From Planctomycetota bacterium (GTDB lineage Bacteria; Planctomycetota; UBA1135; UBA2386), in contig JBKAGP010000001.1 of NCBI GenBank assembly GCA_046290465.1, positions 3,328,001 to 3,392,000 on the forward strand: a stretch of 64,000 nt of DNA, given 5' to 3'. The position numbers were made by a program, and so were the translations under genes. Below, piece after piece: positions 53,145-64,000 of this stretch. The stretch's first letter is position 1, and every line of letters begins with the position of its first letter. The notes under the pieces were generated by a model. It made no database searches. It was not told where the DNA came from and worked only from the letters and a program-made list of their open reading frames with translations.

Positions 53145-53963
53145 ATGCCCGTGCGTCCGCAGCTGTTCTCGCGCTGGCGCCCGGCCGAGACCGAACGCGG
53201 CGCGGTGCTGGTCGTGCACGGCTACGGCGAACACAGCGGTCGCTACGAGCACGTGTTCGCGGCGCTCAACCAGCGCGGCCATTCGTGCCTGGGCATCGAC
53301 TACCGCGGCTTCGGCCAGGCCGAGGGCCGTCGCGCGCACGTGCGCTCGTTCGACCAGTACCTCGACGACGTGCAGTGGGGCCTCGACGAGCTGCGCGCCC
53401 GCAGCGACCGCCGCCCGTTCCTCCTCGGCCACAGCCAGGGCGGCCTGATCTGCGCGCACTTCGCGATCCAACGCGCCCCCGACCTGCAGGGCCTGGTGCT
53501 CAGCAGCCCGGCGCTGCGGTTCGCGGTGCACGTGCCGACGTGGAAGCGCGTGCTGGCGCAGCTGACGTCGGCGATCTGGCCGAGCATGACGCTGCCGTCC
53601 GAGATCGACCCGCGCGACCTGACCCACGACGAGGCCGCGCTGCGTCGGCTCGACGAGGACCCGCTGATCGTGCGCGTCGCGACGGCGCGGTGGTACACCG
53701 AGAGCCTGCGCGCGCAGCGCTGCACGATGGCGCGCGCCGACGCGCTGCGCACGCCGTGCCTGTTCCAGGTCGCCGGCGCCGACCGCGTCGTCGTCGCGTC
53801 GGTGACGCGCACGTTCTTCGAGCAGGTCGCGGCGGCCGACAAGACCTGGATCGACTACCCGCGCGTCTTCCACGAGGTCTACCAGGAGACCGCCGACGTG
53901 CGCGCACGAGCCCTGGCCGACCTGTGCGACTGGCTCGACGCGCGCAGCGGCCGCGACGCCTAG
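53145..53963 (+). CDS. Lysophospholipase-like alpha/beta hydrolase
   Basis: VHGYGEHSGRY, DYRGFG, GHSQGG, D...FHE triad. Confidence 0.9.
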   Translation: MPVRPQLFSRWRPAETERGAVLVVHGYGEHSGRYEHVFAALNQRGHSCLGIDYRGFGQAEGRRAHVRSFDQYLDDVQWGLDELRARSDRRPFLLGHSQGGLICAHFAIQRAPDLQGLVLSSPALRFAVHVPTWKRVLAQLTSAIWPSMTLPSEIDPRDLTHDEAALRRLDEDPLIVRVATARWYTESLRAQRCTMARADALRTPCLFQVAGADRVVVASVTRTFFEQVAAADKTWIDYPRVFHEVYQETADVRARALADLCDWLDARSGRDA

Positions 53964-53964
53964 G

Positions 53965-54041
53965 AGCGCGTCCATGTAGTGGACGCGCTGCCGACCGTGA
54001 TCGCGGAAGCAGCGTGTACGCGTGCGGACGGGGCTTTGCCC
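53965..54041. repeat. 77-bp dispersed REP/MITE-like element, copy 3 (inverted)
   Basis: Reverse complement of copies 1 and 2; flanked by CTAG on both sides. Confidence 0.9.
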
Positions 54042-54079
54042 GCTAGCCAGGCAGCAACGGGCAACCGGCGTCGGCAGGC

Positions 54080-54508
54080 TCAGGCCGGACCGAGGCCGAA
54101 CCAAGCCATGCGCATCACGATGCCGACGACGAAGCCGGCGGCCGCGGCCCAGAGCCACGGCTTCTGCACCGCGCGCAGCGCCCGCCAGTAGCCCGGCAGG
54201 ATGCCGCCGACGAGTTCGCCCAGCGCGCGCGCGACGCCGCCGAGTCCGACCGGGCGGCCCGTCAGCCGCGCCGGCAACGACAGCGGGCCCAGCAAGGCCA
54301 GCAGGATCGCCGCGCAGCCGGCGAGGCCGGCGACGAAGGCCAGCGGCAGCAACACCAGTCCGAGCACCAGCCAGGTCGCCAGGTGCATCAGGCGCTGGGC
54401 GTCGTAGACCTCCGCGAGCCCGAGCACGGCGGCCCCGGCCAGCGCGAACGCCAGCGCGGTGCCGGGCCACGGCGTCGGGGAGGCCGGTGGTGCGAGCTCG
54501 TTGGTCAT
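54080..54508 (-). CDS. Small membrane protein
   Basis: Three to four hydrophobic segments; no recognised family. Confidence 0.6.
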   Translation of the reverse strand: MTNELAPPASPTPWPGTALAFALAGAAVLGLAEVYDAQRLMHLATWLVLGLVLLPLAFVAGLAGCAAILLALLGPLSLPARLTGRPVGLGGVARALGELVGGILPGYWRALRAVQKPWLWAAAAGFVVGIVMRMAWFGLGPA

Positions 54509-54642
54509 GCCAGCTGCGCCGCTCCGAGGCGGCACGAGACGTTCGCCGCGACGCGGTTGTGGATGCGTCGGGCGTGCAGACCGTACGATGCAGGGCCGCG
54601 ACGCCGGCCCGCCGGCGCCACCTCCATCCGGACGAAGACGCC

Positions 54643-56100
54643 ATGAACCACCTGCCCCACCGCCTTCGCCTGCTCCTGGTCCTCGGCCTGCTGGTCGTTG
54701 CCGGCACCGCGCAGGAAGCCGCCCGCCGCCCCAACATCCTGTTCGCGATGGCCGACGACTGGGGCTGGCCGCACGCCGGCAGCTACGGCGACCGGGTCGT
54801 CGCGACGCCGACGTTCGACCGGCTGGCGCGCGAGGGCGTGCGCTTCGAGCACGCCTACGTGTCGAGCCCGTCGTGCACGCCGTCGCGCAACGCGATCCTG
54901 ACCGGCCAGGCGTTCTACCGGCTCGGCGAGGGCGCCAACCTGCACAGCACGCTCGATGTCGCGCACCCGACGTTCGTGCAGCTGCTCGAGCAGAACGGCT
55001 ACCGCGTCGGCCACTGGCGCAAGGCCTGGGGACCGGGCAACGCCAAGGCCGGCGGCTACCAGCGCAACCCGTGCGGGCCCAACGCGACGTTCGCGAAGTT
55101 CCTCGACAAGCAGCCGGACGGTGAGCCGTTCTGCTTCTGGTTCGGCACGTCGGACCCGCACCGCGGCTACCGGCGGCACAGCGGCCGCGAGGCCGGCATC
55201 GACCCCGACAAGGTGCACGTGCCGTCGTTCCTGCCCGACAACGACGACATCCGCGGCGACCTCGCCGACTACTACTTCGAGGTGCAGCGCTGGGACCGCG
55301 AGGTCGGCGAGGCGCTGGCCCTGCTCGAAGCGCGCGGCGAGCTCGACGACACGATCGTCGTGATGACCGGCGACCACGGCATGCCGTTCCCGCGCTGCAA
55401 GGGCAACCTCTACGACTGGGGCGCGCGCGTGCCGCTGGCGCTGCGCTGGGGAGCCAGGGTCGAGGCCGGTGCCGTGCAGGCGTCGTTCGTGTCGCTGACC
55501 GACCTCGCGCCGACGTTCCTCGAAGCCGCCGGCGTCGCCGTCCCCGACGTGATGACCGGCCGGAGCCTGCTCCCGACGCTCACCGGCGACGGTCCGGGAC
55601 GCACCTTCGTCACGTTCGGTCGCGAACGCCACACCCCGGCGCAGAAGATGCCGTCGCTCGACGGCTACCCGTCGCGCGCGATCCGCACCGACGGCTGGCT
55701 GCTGGTGCGCAATCTCGAGCCCGAGCGCTGGCCGGCGGGCGTGCTCGACGGCGCCAGCCACCCGATGAACGTGCACGCCGACTGCGACAACGGCCCGAGC
55801 AAGTCCTGGATCATCGGCAACCGCGAGGCCGACGCCGGCGGGCGCTTCTACGCGCTGTGCTTCGGCAGGCGACCGGCGTTCGAACTTTACGACTGCACCG
55901 CCGACCCGGACCAGGTCGTCAACCTCGCCGGCGATCCGAAGTACCGCAAGCTGGTCACCAGGCTCGACCATCAGCTGACCACCGAGCTGCGCAGGACCGG
56001 CGATCCGCGCTTCGTCGAGGGCGCCGAGGTCGGGTTCGACGCGTATCCGTATCGCGCCGGCTACCTGAAGAAGTACCTCGAGAAGCACGGCCACCGCTGA
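54643..56100 (+). CDS. Sulfatase, N-sulfoglucosamine sulfohydrolase-like
   Basis: PNILFAMADDWG, SCTPSR, DPHR, GDHGMPFPRCKGNLYD, GRERH. Confidence 0.9.
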   Translation: MNHLPHRLRLLLVLGLLVVAGTAQEAARRPNILFAMADDWGWPHAGSYGDRVVATPTFDRLAREGVRFEHAYVSSPSCTPSRNAILTGQAFYRLGEGANLHSTLDVAHPTFVQLLEQNGYRVGHWRKAWGPGNAKAGGYQRNPCGPNATFAKFLDKQPDGEPFCFWFGTSDPHRGYRRHSGREAGIDPDKVHVPSFLPDNDDIRGDLADYYFEVQRWDREVGEALALLEARGELDDTIVVMTGDHGMPFPRCKGNLYDWGARVPLALRWGARVEAGAVQASFVSLTDLAPTFLEAAGVAVPDVMTGRSLLPTLTGDGPGRTFVTFGRERHTPAQKMPSLDGYPSRAIRTDGWLLVRNLEPERWPAGVLDGASHPMNVHADCDNGPSKSWIIGNREADAGGRFYALCFGRRPAFELYDCTADPDQVVNLAGDPKYRKLVTRLDHQLTTELRRTGDPRFVEGAEVGFDAYPYRAGYLKKYLEKHGHR

Positions 56101-56107
56101 GCGCGGT

Positions 56108-57403
56108 TCACGCGCGCAGCATCGTGTAGGGACCTTCGGGGATGACGGCGATGCGCGCGTCCGGATGCTGCGCGGCGAACTCGTCGACGTAGCGCTGCGC
56201 ACGCGCCGTGGCGTCGCCGTCGCCCTCGACCGGGGTCACGCCGAGCCGGCGCTGCACGTCCATCGGCAGGCCGTCGTTGGCCAGCAGCAGCCGCTCGCGG
56301 CCGATCCGCTGCAGCACCCGCGTCTGCATCTGGAACTGCCACTGGTCCTTCTCGGTGCGGCCGCTCGCGGCGATGTCGCGCAGGAACGCCTCGTGGTCGT
56401 TGCCGTAGCGCAGCATCAATCCGGTGAACTCCGGCGAGCCGACCTCGGTGCACGGCGAGCACATCAGCAGCCGCGACCCGGCGTGCAGCGCCGGCAGCGC
56501 GGTGACCATGCCCTTGACGGTCTGGTAGTAGCTCTCGTCGAGCGGGTAGCCGCCCGCCGACTGCACCACCAGGTCGAACGGCACCGGCACCGGCGCCGAG
56601 GTCCATGCACCGACCTGCTCGCAGCCGGCCTCGTGCGCGGCGACGAGGTCGCCGGCGAACACCCCGGCCAGCTCGCGGTCGTGCGTGATCGCGGCGTTGA
56701 CCAGGAAGTCGCAGCCCACCTGCCGCGCCACCTGCATGCCGATCTCGTGGCACGGGTTGCCGATCATGCGGCCCTCGGTCGCCGCCGGATCGCCCATCGT
56801 GCGGTGGCCGTGGAAGCGCTGCACGGTCTCGAGGTCGACCAGCCCGGGGCAGATGCCCTTGCGGCCACCGGAGTAGCCGGCCATGAAGTGCGGCTCGATC
56901 AGGCCGGTGACGATCTTGAGGTCGGCCTCGGCGTAGATGCGATTGACGCTGACCGGCGGGTCGTCGCTGACGCGCACGTGGGTGTCGGTGCGATCGGCCT
57001 CGTGGTCGACCACCCGCAGCCGCGCCAGCAGCGCGTCGCCGAGCATGATCTGCCGTTCGCGCTCGGTCGACGGTCGGTGCATGCCGGTCGCGATCAGCAC
57101 CGTGCACGCGCCGTCGTCGATCCCGACGGCGTTGAGCTGTTCGAGGATCGCGGTGATCAGCAGCTCGTTGGGCACCGGCCGCGTGATGTCGCTCATCGTG
57201 ATGACGACCGACGCCGGTCGCTTCGCGGCCGCGATCTCGCGCAGCGAGGCACAGCCGATCGGAGCGGCGAGCGCCGCGCGCACCGCGCCCTCGGGATCCG
57301 CCGCGCGCGGGATCTCGGGCCCGCGCAGCACTTCGGCACCGGCAGGCAACCGCAGGGGCTTGCGCCCCGTTCCGAACAGGATGTCGACCGATCGAGACGG
57401 CAT
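56108..57403 (-). CDS. larA: Nickel-pincer-dependent lactate racemase (LarA) family 2-hydroxy-acid racemase/epimerase
   Basis: SDITRPVP, IATGMHR, EPHFMAGYSGGRKGICPG, GGYPLD...YQTVKG, IPEGPY. Confidence 0.88.
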   Translation of the reverse strand: MPSRSVDILFGTGRKPLRLPAGAEVLRGPEIPRAADPEGAVRAALAAPIGCASLREIAAAKRPASVVITMSDITRPVPNELLITAILEQLNAVGIDDGACTVLIATGMHRPSTERERQIMLGDALLARLRVVDHEADRTDTHVRVSDDPPVSVNRIYAEADLKIVTGLIEPHFMAGYSGGRKGICPGLVDLETVQRFHGHRTMGDPAATEGRMIGNPCHEIGMQVARQVGCDFLVNAAITHDRELAGVFAGDLVAAHEAGCEQVGAWTSAPVPVPFDLVVQSAGGYPLDESYYQTVKGMVTALPALHAGSRLLMCSPCTEVGSPEFTGLMLRYGNDHEAFLRDIAASGRTEKDQWQFQMQTRVLQRIGRERLLLANDGLPMDVQRRLGVTPVEGDGDATARAQRYVDEFAAQHPDARIAVIPEGPYTMLRA

Positions 57404-57414
57404 GGTCCACGAGC

Positions 57415-58566
57415 CTAGCGCCAGATCCGGCAGGATCGAGGCGCGCCCCGATCCGCGGATCCAGCGCGCTGCTGGTCGATGCCGGGCGCCTCGTGGCCGG
57501 TGACGTCCAGCGCGTCGCACACCGCCTCGGCGAAGCCGCTGCACGACGTCGACGCGGCACCGTCCTCGGCGAGGTCCCGCGTGCGCCACCCGTCCGCGAG
57601 CGCGACGTCGACCGCTCGTTCGATCGCAGCGGCGACCTCGGGCTGGTCGAGCGAGTGCCGGGCCAGCATGGCCGCGCTCTCGATCGCACCGCACGGATTG
57701 GCGACGTCCTGGCCGGCGAGGTCCGGAGCCGAGCCGTGCACCGGCTCGTAGAGCCCGAAGCCACCGACGCCGAGCGAAGCCGACGGCAGCATGCCGAGCG
57801 AACCCGCCAGCACGCTCGCCTCGTCGCTGAGCACGTCGCCGAACAGGTTCTCGGTCACGACGACGTCGAAGCGCGCCGGCTGCTGCACCAGGTGCATCGC
57901 CATCGCGTCGACCAGCACGTGCTCGAGGGCCACGTCGGCGAACTCCTCCCGCACCACCCGTTCGGCGGTCGCACGCCACAGCCGCGAGGTCGCCATCACG
58001 TTGGCCTTGTCGACCGAGGTCAACCGCCCGGAACGCGCCCGCGCCATCGTCGCGGCGCGGCGCACGACCCGTTCGATCTCCTCGCGCGTGTAGGCACAGA
58101 CGTCGTGGGCACGCTGGTCGCCCTCGAGCTTGTCGCCGAAGTAGATGCCCGAGGTCAGTTCGCGAACGAACACCAGGTCGACGCCGTCGAGCAGGTCGGC
58201 GCGCAGCGGTGCGCGCCCGAACAGGGCCGGGCGCGGGCGCACCGGCCGCACGTTGGCCCACAGGCCGAGCTCCTTGCGGATGCGCAACAGGCCGGCCTCC
58301 GGTCGATCGGCGCCGCGCACGTGGTCCCAGGCCGGACCGCCGACGGCCCCGAGCAGCGCCGCGGCCGCGCCCCGGCAGGCGGCGAGCGTCGCCGCGGGCA
58401 GCGGCTCGCCGACGGCGTCGATCGCCGCGCCGCCGATGGCCGCCTCGACGGTCTCGAGCCGCACGTCCACCGCCTCGAGCGCACGGCGCAGCACCCGGAC
58501 CGCCGCGCGCGTGACCTCGGGGCCGATGCCGTCGCCAGGGAGCACCGCGATCGTCGACGTCCTCAT
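57415..58566 (-). CDS. leuB: 3-isopropylmalate dehydrogenase
   Basis: LPGDGIGPEV, RELTSGIYFG, VDKANV, NLFGDVLSDEA, YEPVHGSAPD. Confidence 0.95.
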   Translation of the reverse strand: MRTSTIAVLPGDGIGPEVTRAAVRVLRRALEAVDVRLETVEAAIGGAAIDAVGEPLPAATLAACRGAAAALLGAVGGPAWDHVRGADRPEAGLLRIRKELGLWANVRPVRPRPALFGRAPLRADLLDGVDLVFVRELTSGIYFGDKLEGDQRAHDVCAYTREEIERVVRRAATMARARSGRLTSVDKANVMATSRLWRATAERVVREEFADVALEHVLVDAMAMHLVQQPARFDVVVTENLFGDVLSDEASVLAGSLGMLPSASLGVGGFGLYEPVHGSAPDLAGQDVANPCGAIESAAMLARHSLDQPEVAAAIERAVDVALADGWRTRDLAEDGAASTSCSGFAEAVCDALDVTGHEAPGIDQQRAGSADRGAPRSCRIWR

Positions 58567-59129
58567 CGCACCGCCTCCCGCCGTGCTTCGAACACGGTGA
58601 TCGCCGCCCGCCGCTGCAGCAGTTGGTCGAGGTCGTCGCGGCCGGTCATCAGGCAGTCACGCTCGTAGTCGCCGAGCGCGAACGCGATCTCGCCGTGGGC
58701 GTGCGTGACGACCCGGCGCTCGAGGTCGACGTGCAGCTCGCTCCACGGCGCCGCGACCAGCGCGCGGTGGAAGGCCTCGGGCACGACGATCGGCAGCAGG
58801 CCGTTCTTGAGCGCGTTGCCGCGGAAGATGTCGGCGAACGACGTGCTGACGACGCAGCGCAGGCCCAGCGCCCGCAGCGCCCAGGCGGCATGCTCGCGCG
58901 AACTGCCGCAACCGAAGTTGTCGCCGGCGACCAGCACGCTGCAGCCGCGCGCCCGCGCATCGGCCAACGGCGAGGCCGGATCGCTGCGCCAGTCGGCGAA
59001 CGCCGCGTCGGCGAGGCCATCGCGATCGGTCGTGGTCAGGAAGCGCGCCGGCACGATCTGGTCGGTGTCGATGTTGGCCGTCGGCAGCACCAGGATCGGG
59101 GATTCGACGCGAAGCAGGGGAGGGTTCAT
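58563..59129 (-). CDS. leuD: 3-isopropylmalate dehydratase small subunit
   Basis: NIDTDQIVPARFL, NFGCGSSREHA, SFADIF. Confidence 0.95.
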   Translation of the reverse strand: MNPPLLRVESPILVLPTANIDTDQIVPARFLTTTDRDGLADAAFADWRSDPASPLADARARGCSVLVAGDNFGCGSSREHAAWALRALGLRCVVSTSFADIFRGNALKNGLLPIVVPEAFHRALVAAPWSELHVDLERRVVTHAHGEIAFALGDYERDCLMTGRDDLDQLLQRRAAITVFEARREAVR

Positions 59130-59131
59130 GT

Positions 59132-60534
<1,403 letters not shown>

Positions 60535-60538
<4 letters not shown>

Positions 60539-61473
60539 TGGTGCACCTCCGCGCGCCGCAGCGGCGTGACGTGGCCACGTGGGTCCGGGATCCGGCCGGC
60601 GACCAGCTCGGCAAACGCACGCTGCAGGCGCCGGGTCATCGGACCGGGCCGACCGTCGCCGACCGGGGCGCGGTCGACGCTGCGGACCGGCGTGATCTCC
60701 GCGGCCGTGCCGACCAGGAACAGCTCGTCGGCCAACAGCAGCAGCTCGCGCACGATGCGCTCCTCGCGCACCTCGAAGCCGGCGCCGCGCGCCAGTTCGA
60801 ACACCAGGTCGCGGGTCAGGCCGGGCAACAGCGAGCACGATGCCGGAGGCGTGAACAGCACGCCGCCGCGGGCGACGAACACGTTCATGCCGGACCCTTC
60901 GCTGACGTAGCCGTCGGTGCCGAGCGCGATACCTTCGGCGTAGCCGTCGCGGTGCGCCTCGGCGGCGATCAGCTGGCCGCTCAGGTAGTTGCCGCCGGCC
61001 TTGGCGAGCTGCGGCAGCGTGTTGGGCGCCGGCCGCTGCCACGACACCACGCAGGCGTCGACGCCGTCGGTCTTGGCGCCCTCGCCGTGGTAGTGGTCCC
61101 ACTCGACCGCGGCGACGATCGCCTCGGTCGGCGTGTCGCCGGGATCGAGGCCGAGGCGGCCGTGGCCGCGGTAGAGCAGCGGGCGCACGTAGGCGCTCTC
61201 GAGGCGGTTGTCGACGACCACCTCGTGGCAGGCGTCGATCAGCTGGTCGCGGCCGAACAGCACCGGCATGCGGTAGATGCGCGCCGAGGCCAGCAGCCGG
61301 TCGACGTGGTCCTCGAGCCGCAGGAAGCGCGGGCCGCGCTCGGTGCGGTAGCAGCGGATGCCCTCGAAGACGGAGGATCCGTAGTGGAGCGCGTGGCTCA
61401 TCACGTGTGTGGTCGCTTCGGCGAACGGCACGAGGCGGCCGTTCTTCCAGATGGTTCGGGAGTCGTCGGTCAT
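60535..61473 (-). CDS. ilvE: Branched-chain amino acid aminotransferase
   Basis: [39 protein letters not shown]. Confidence 0.93.
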
Positions 61474-61482
61474 CGTTGCAGG

Positions 61483-63066
61483 TCAGTTGGGCTCGGTGGT
61501 TGCGGCGGCCGCCGTTGCGGCCGCAGCGCTGCGTTCGTTGCGGTTGATGGCGTCGAGGAACGCGCGCGCGCTCGCCTCGACGATGTCGGTGTGCACGCCG
61601 TGGCCGCGCACCAGGTCGTCGCCGAAGCGGCACTCGGCGGTGACGCGGCCCTGCGCGTCCTCGCCGAGCGTGGCGCTGTGGATCTGGAACCGGTGCAGCG
61701 CGGCGTTCGGGATGCCGGTGGCGCGCACGATCGCCTTCCACGCGGCGTCGACCGGACCGTCGCCGACGGCGGCCTCGTCGCGATCCCCGTGCTCACGATG
61801 GCGCATGCGCACGGCGGCGCTCGGCAGCGTGCCCGCGCCGGCGCTGGCATGCAGCGAACGCAGGTGCCACGGTCCCTCGACGGTCGCCTCGTCGTGGATC
61901 AACGCCTCGAGGTCGCCGTCGAACACCTGCTTCTTGCGATCCGCGAGCTCCTTGAAGCGCACGAACAGCCGATCCAGCTCGTCGTCGTCGAGCGCGAACC
62001 CGAGCGCACGGGTGCGCGCGACCAGCGCGTGGCGGCCGCTGTGCTTGCCGAGCACGATGCCGCAGGCGCGCGCACCGACGTCCTCGGCGCGCATCACCTC
62101 GTAGGTCGCGCGGTGCTGCAGCACGCCGTGCTGGTGGATGCCCGACTCGTGCGCGAACGCGTTGTCACCGACGATCGCCTTGTTGGGCGGCACCCCGACG
62201 CCGGTCACCGCGGCAAGCACCCGGCTGGTCGCGCACAAGCGCGTCGTGTCGATCGCCGATGCGACACCGAAGCGGTCGGGCCGCGTGCGCACGGCCATCG
62301 CGACCTCCTCGAGCGCGCAGTTGCCGGCGCGTTCGCCGATGCCGTTGATCGTGCACTCGACCTGCCGCGCACCGTGCTGCACGCCGGCCAGGCTGTTGGC
62401 CACCGCGAGCCCGAGGTCGTCGTGGCAGTGCGTGCTCAACACGACGCCGTCGATGCCGCGGACGTGTTCGCGCACGTTCGCGAACATCGCGCCGTATTCC
62501 GCCGGCATTGAGTAGCCGACGGTGTCCGGCAGGTTGATCGTGGTCGCCCCGGCGTCGATCGCGACCTGCACGACCTTGACCAGGAACTCCGGCTCGGTCC
62601 GCGACGCGTCCTCGGCCGAGAACTCGACGTCCGCACAGCGGCTGCGGGCCAGCCGGACCCCGGCCTCCACCCGGCGCAGCACCTCGTCCCGGTCCATGCG
62701 CAGCTTCTTCTCGCGGTGCAGCGGACTGGTCGCGAGGAACACGTGCACGCGGCCGCGCGCCGCCGGCGCGACCGCGTCGGCGGCACGCTCGACGTCGCCG
62801 GTCACGCAGCGCGCCAGCGCCGCGATGCCGGGCCCTTCGATCTGGCTCGCGATCGCCCGCACGGCTTCGAAGTCGCCGTCGGAGGCGGCCGGGAAGCCGG
62901 CCTCGAGCCAGTCGACGCCGAGCGCCGCGAGCGCGCGCGCGACCACCAGCTTCTCGTCGAGCTGCATCGAGAAGCCGGGCGCCTGCTCGCCGTCGCGGAG
63001 CGTGGTGTCGAACAGGATCAGGCGGTCCTGGGCGTGGGCGGAAACGTTCGGATCGGACGTGGTCAT
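61483..63066 (-). CDS. leuA: 2-isopropylmalate synthase
   Basis: [40 protein letters not shown], regulatory domain GDGPVDA. Confidence 0.95.
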   Translation of the reverse strand: MTTSDPNVSAHAQDRLILFDTTLRDGEQAPGFSMQLDEKLVVARALAALGVDWLEAGFPAASDGDFEAVRAIASQIEGPGIAALARCVTGDVERAADAVAPAARGRVHVFLATSPLHREKKLRMDRDEVLRRVEAGVRLARSRCADVEFSAEDASRTEPEFLVKVVQVAIDAGATTINLPDTVGYSMPAEYGAMFANVREHVRGIDGVVLSTHCHDDLGLAVANSLAGVQHGARQVECTINGIGERAGNCALEEVAMAVRTRPDRFGVASAIDTTRLCATSRVLAAVTGVGVPPNKAIVGDNAFAHESGIHQHGVLQHRATYEVMRAEDVGARACGIVLGKHSGRHALVARTRALGFALDDDELDRLFVRFKELADRKKQVFDGDLEALIHDEATVEGPWHLRSLHASAGAGTLPSAAVRMRHREHGDRDEAAVGDGPVDAAWKAIVRATGIPNAALHRFQIHSATLGEDAQGRVTAECRFGDDLVRGHGVHTDIVEASARAFLDAINRNERSAAAATAAAATTEPN

Positions 63067-63407
63067 GGTCTCGGTCGGTCGGAGCAGGGCCCGTGGCCGG
63101 AGTGCGCCGCGCGCACGTCCAGCAGGCCGGTCAGCTTCTGCAGGAGCGGGCCGACGGGGCTCATCGCGATGCCGTCGGAGACCGCCACCGTGCCGAACTC
63201 GAACGGCGTGCCGCCCGCCTCGCGCACGCCCGCGGCGGCGTGGCCGGCCAGTTCGCGCAGGTGCATCGTGCACGGCATCACATCGGTGAACGTGCCGATG
63301 ACGGCCACCATCGGCCGGGCCAGGGCCTCGTCGTCGAGGCCGGTGGCGCGCAGCATGGCGCGCGCGGGGGCGCGGCGGGGACCCTTCTTGATCGCGTCGC
63401 TTCGCAT
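63063..63407 (-). pseudogene. ilvD: Dihydroxy-acid dehydratase N-terminal remnant (about 82 aa) fused to an unrelated tail
   Basis: RAPARAMLRATG...PCTMHL...AGG...VSDGIAM, then an abrupt switch to SPVGPLLQKLTGLLDV. Full IlvD is about 550-600 aa. Confidence 0.85.
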
Positions 63408-63441
63408 GGAATCGCCTGGTGCAGCGACCGGTGCCGAAACG

Positions 63442-63478
63442 AAAAAAGCCCCGCATCCTCGGCTGAGGATGCGGGGCT
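63442..63478 (-). terminator. Intrinsic terminator of a transcription attenuator
   Basis: Minus strand AGCCCCGCATCCTC-AGCC-GAGGATGCGGGGCT followed by a T-run, 35 bp upstream of ilvD'. Confidence 0.9.
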
Positions 63479-63509
63479 CTTTCGAGCTTCGGTCGGTCTG
63501 TGGACCGCC

Positions 63510-63656
63510 TTACCGCATCCCCTCCGGGGTGACGAGGAGGACGAGAAGGACCGCAAGAAGCGCGACGACGACGACCGGAAGCACGACGAGACCCAGCGAC
63601 GAGGCGAAGCTCGCGCGGGCGTTCTCGGTGCAGGTCGTGTCGATCGTGGCGGTCAC
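63510..63656 (-). CDS. Leu/Val-rich attenuator leader peptide (about 48 aa, GTG start uncertain)
   Basis: LGLVVLPVVVVALLAVLLVLLV (9 Leu + 9 Val in 22 residues) ending just before the terminator. Its 3' end GGATGCGG is complementary to the terminator 5' arm. Confidence 0.8.
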   Translation of the reverse strand: MTATIDTTCTENARASFASSLGLVVLPVVVVALLAVLLVLLVTPEGMR

Positions 63657-63806
63657 GGGGGCGGGTGTCGTAGCGGGCTCGCTCGAAGCCGTCAAGGCGT
63701 GCGCTTCGATTCCGTGCGCGCCGATCGACGCGATCCGTCGACGGTGCGAACCGCCCCACCCCGACCTGCGCACGCGCCGTACGACGGATCCGATACGATC
63801 ACGGCG

Positions 63807-64000
63807 ATGCGCACGTTCTCGATGGCGGCGCTGCTCGCCGGCCTGCTCGGCGCGCAGGACGAGAGGCCCCCGACGGCCGCGATCGACCTGCAGCTGCCGG
63901 TGATCCACGGCTGTGCGAGCGACGACACGGCCGCGCAGACGCAGCTGTTCGCGACCCGCGTCGGCAACGCCGAACGCGCCCTGCGCGAGGCCCTGCGACC
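63807..64000 (+). CDS. Secreted hypothetical protein (3' partial)
   Basis: MRTFSMAALLAGLLGAQ signal-like start; frame is open to the window end. Confidence 0.5.
   Translation, partial: MRTFSMAALLAGLLGAQDERPPTAAIDLQLPVIHGCASDDTAAQTQLFATRVGNAERALREALR

Noticed and set aside
51162..54737. 1191-aa sulfatase fusion ORF and other long N-terminal extensions (manC, leuC, leuD, leuA, larA, M1 peptidase)
   Set aside because: The extensions overlap other real genes; homology and signal peptides begin at the downstream starts reported.

Overview
GC-rich bacterial window, most consistent with a Planctomycetota (PVC) genome. The evidence is four Cys-type sulfatases, a PVC-type CxxCH heme protein, a DUF1080 protein and a double-length UvrA. 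It contains a damaged surface-polysaccharide cluster (fcl, a frameshifted hybrid kinase, UDP-HexNAc dehydrogenase, GT-C, flippase, truncated GT4, frameshifted O-antigen ligase/polymerase, manC). It also holds monomeric IDH, a sialate O-acetylesterase-sialidase fusion, an M1 peptidase, a radical SAM enzyme, and a leucine operon (ilvD remnant-leuA-ilvE-leuC-leuD-leuB-larA) behind a Leu/Val-rich attenuator. The main hidden signal is two genes that the ORF track breaks at in-frame TGA codons. Each TGA sits in a Cys-type redox motif and is followed by a SECIS-like hairpin. One is an ArsC-like UxxC protein (22427-22777). The other is an exported 545-aa protein with a DsbD-N-like domain and a UxC motif (26827-28464). 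They lie on either side of a persulfide dioxygenase-rhodanese/ArsR module with a clear palindromic operator. Non-coding structure includes a three-copy 77-bp REP/MITE-like element at stop codons of convergent genes, a 96-bp loopless palindrome and an 8-bp tandem repeat upstream of uvrA. Several deletion junctions and single-base frameshifts could be genome decay or assembly error. All family assignments come from motif recognition; no searches were run.
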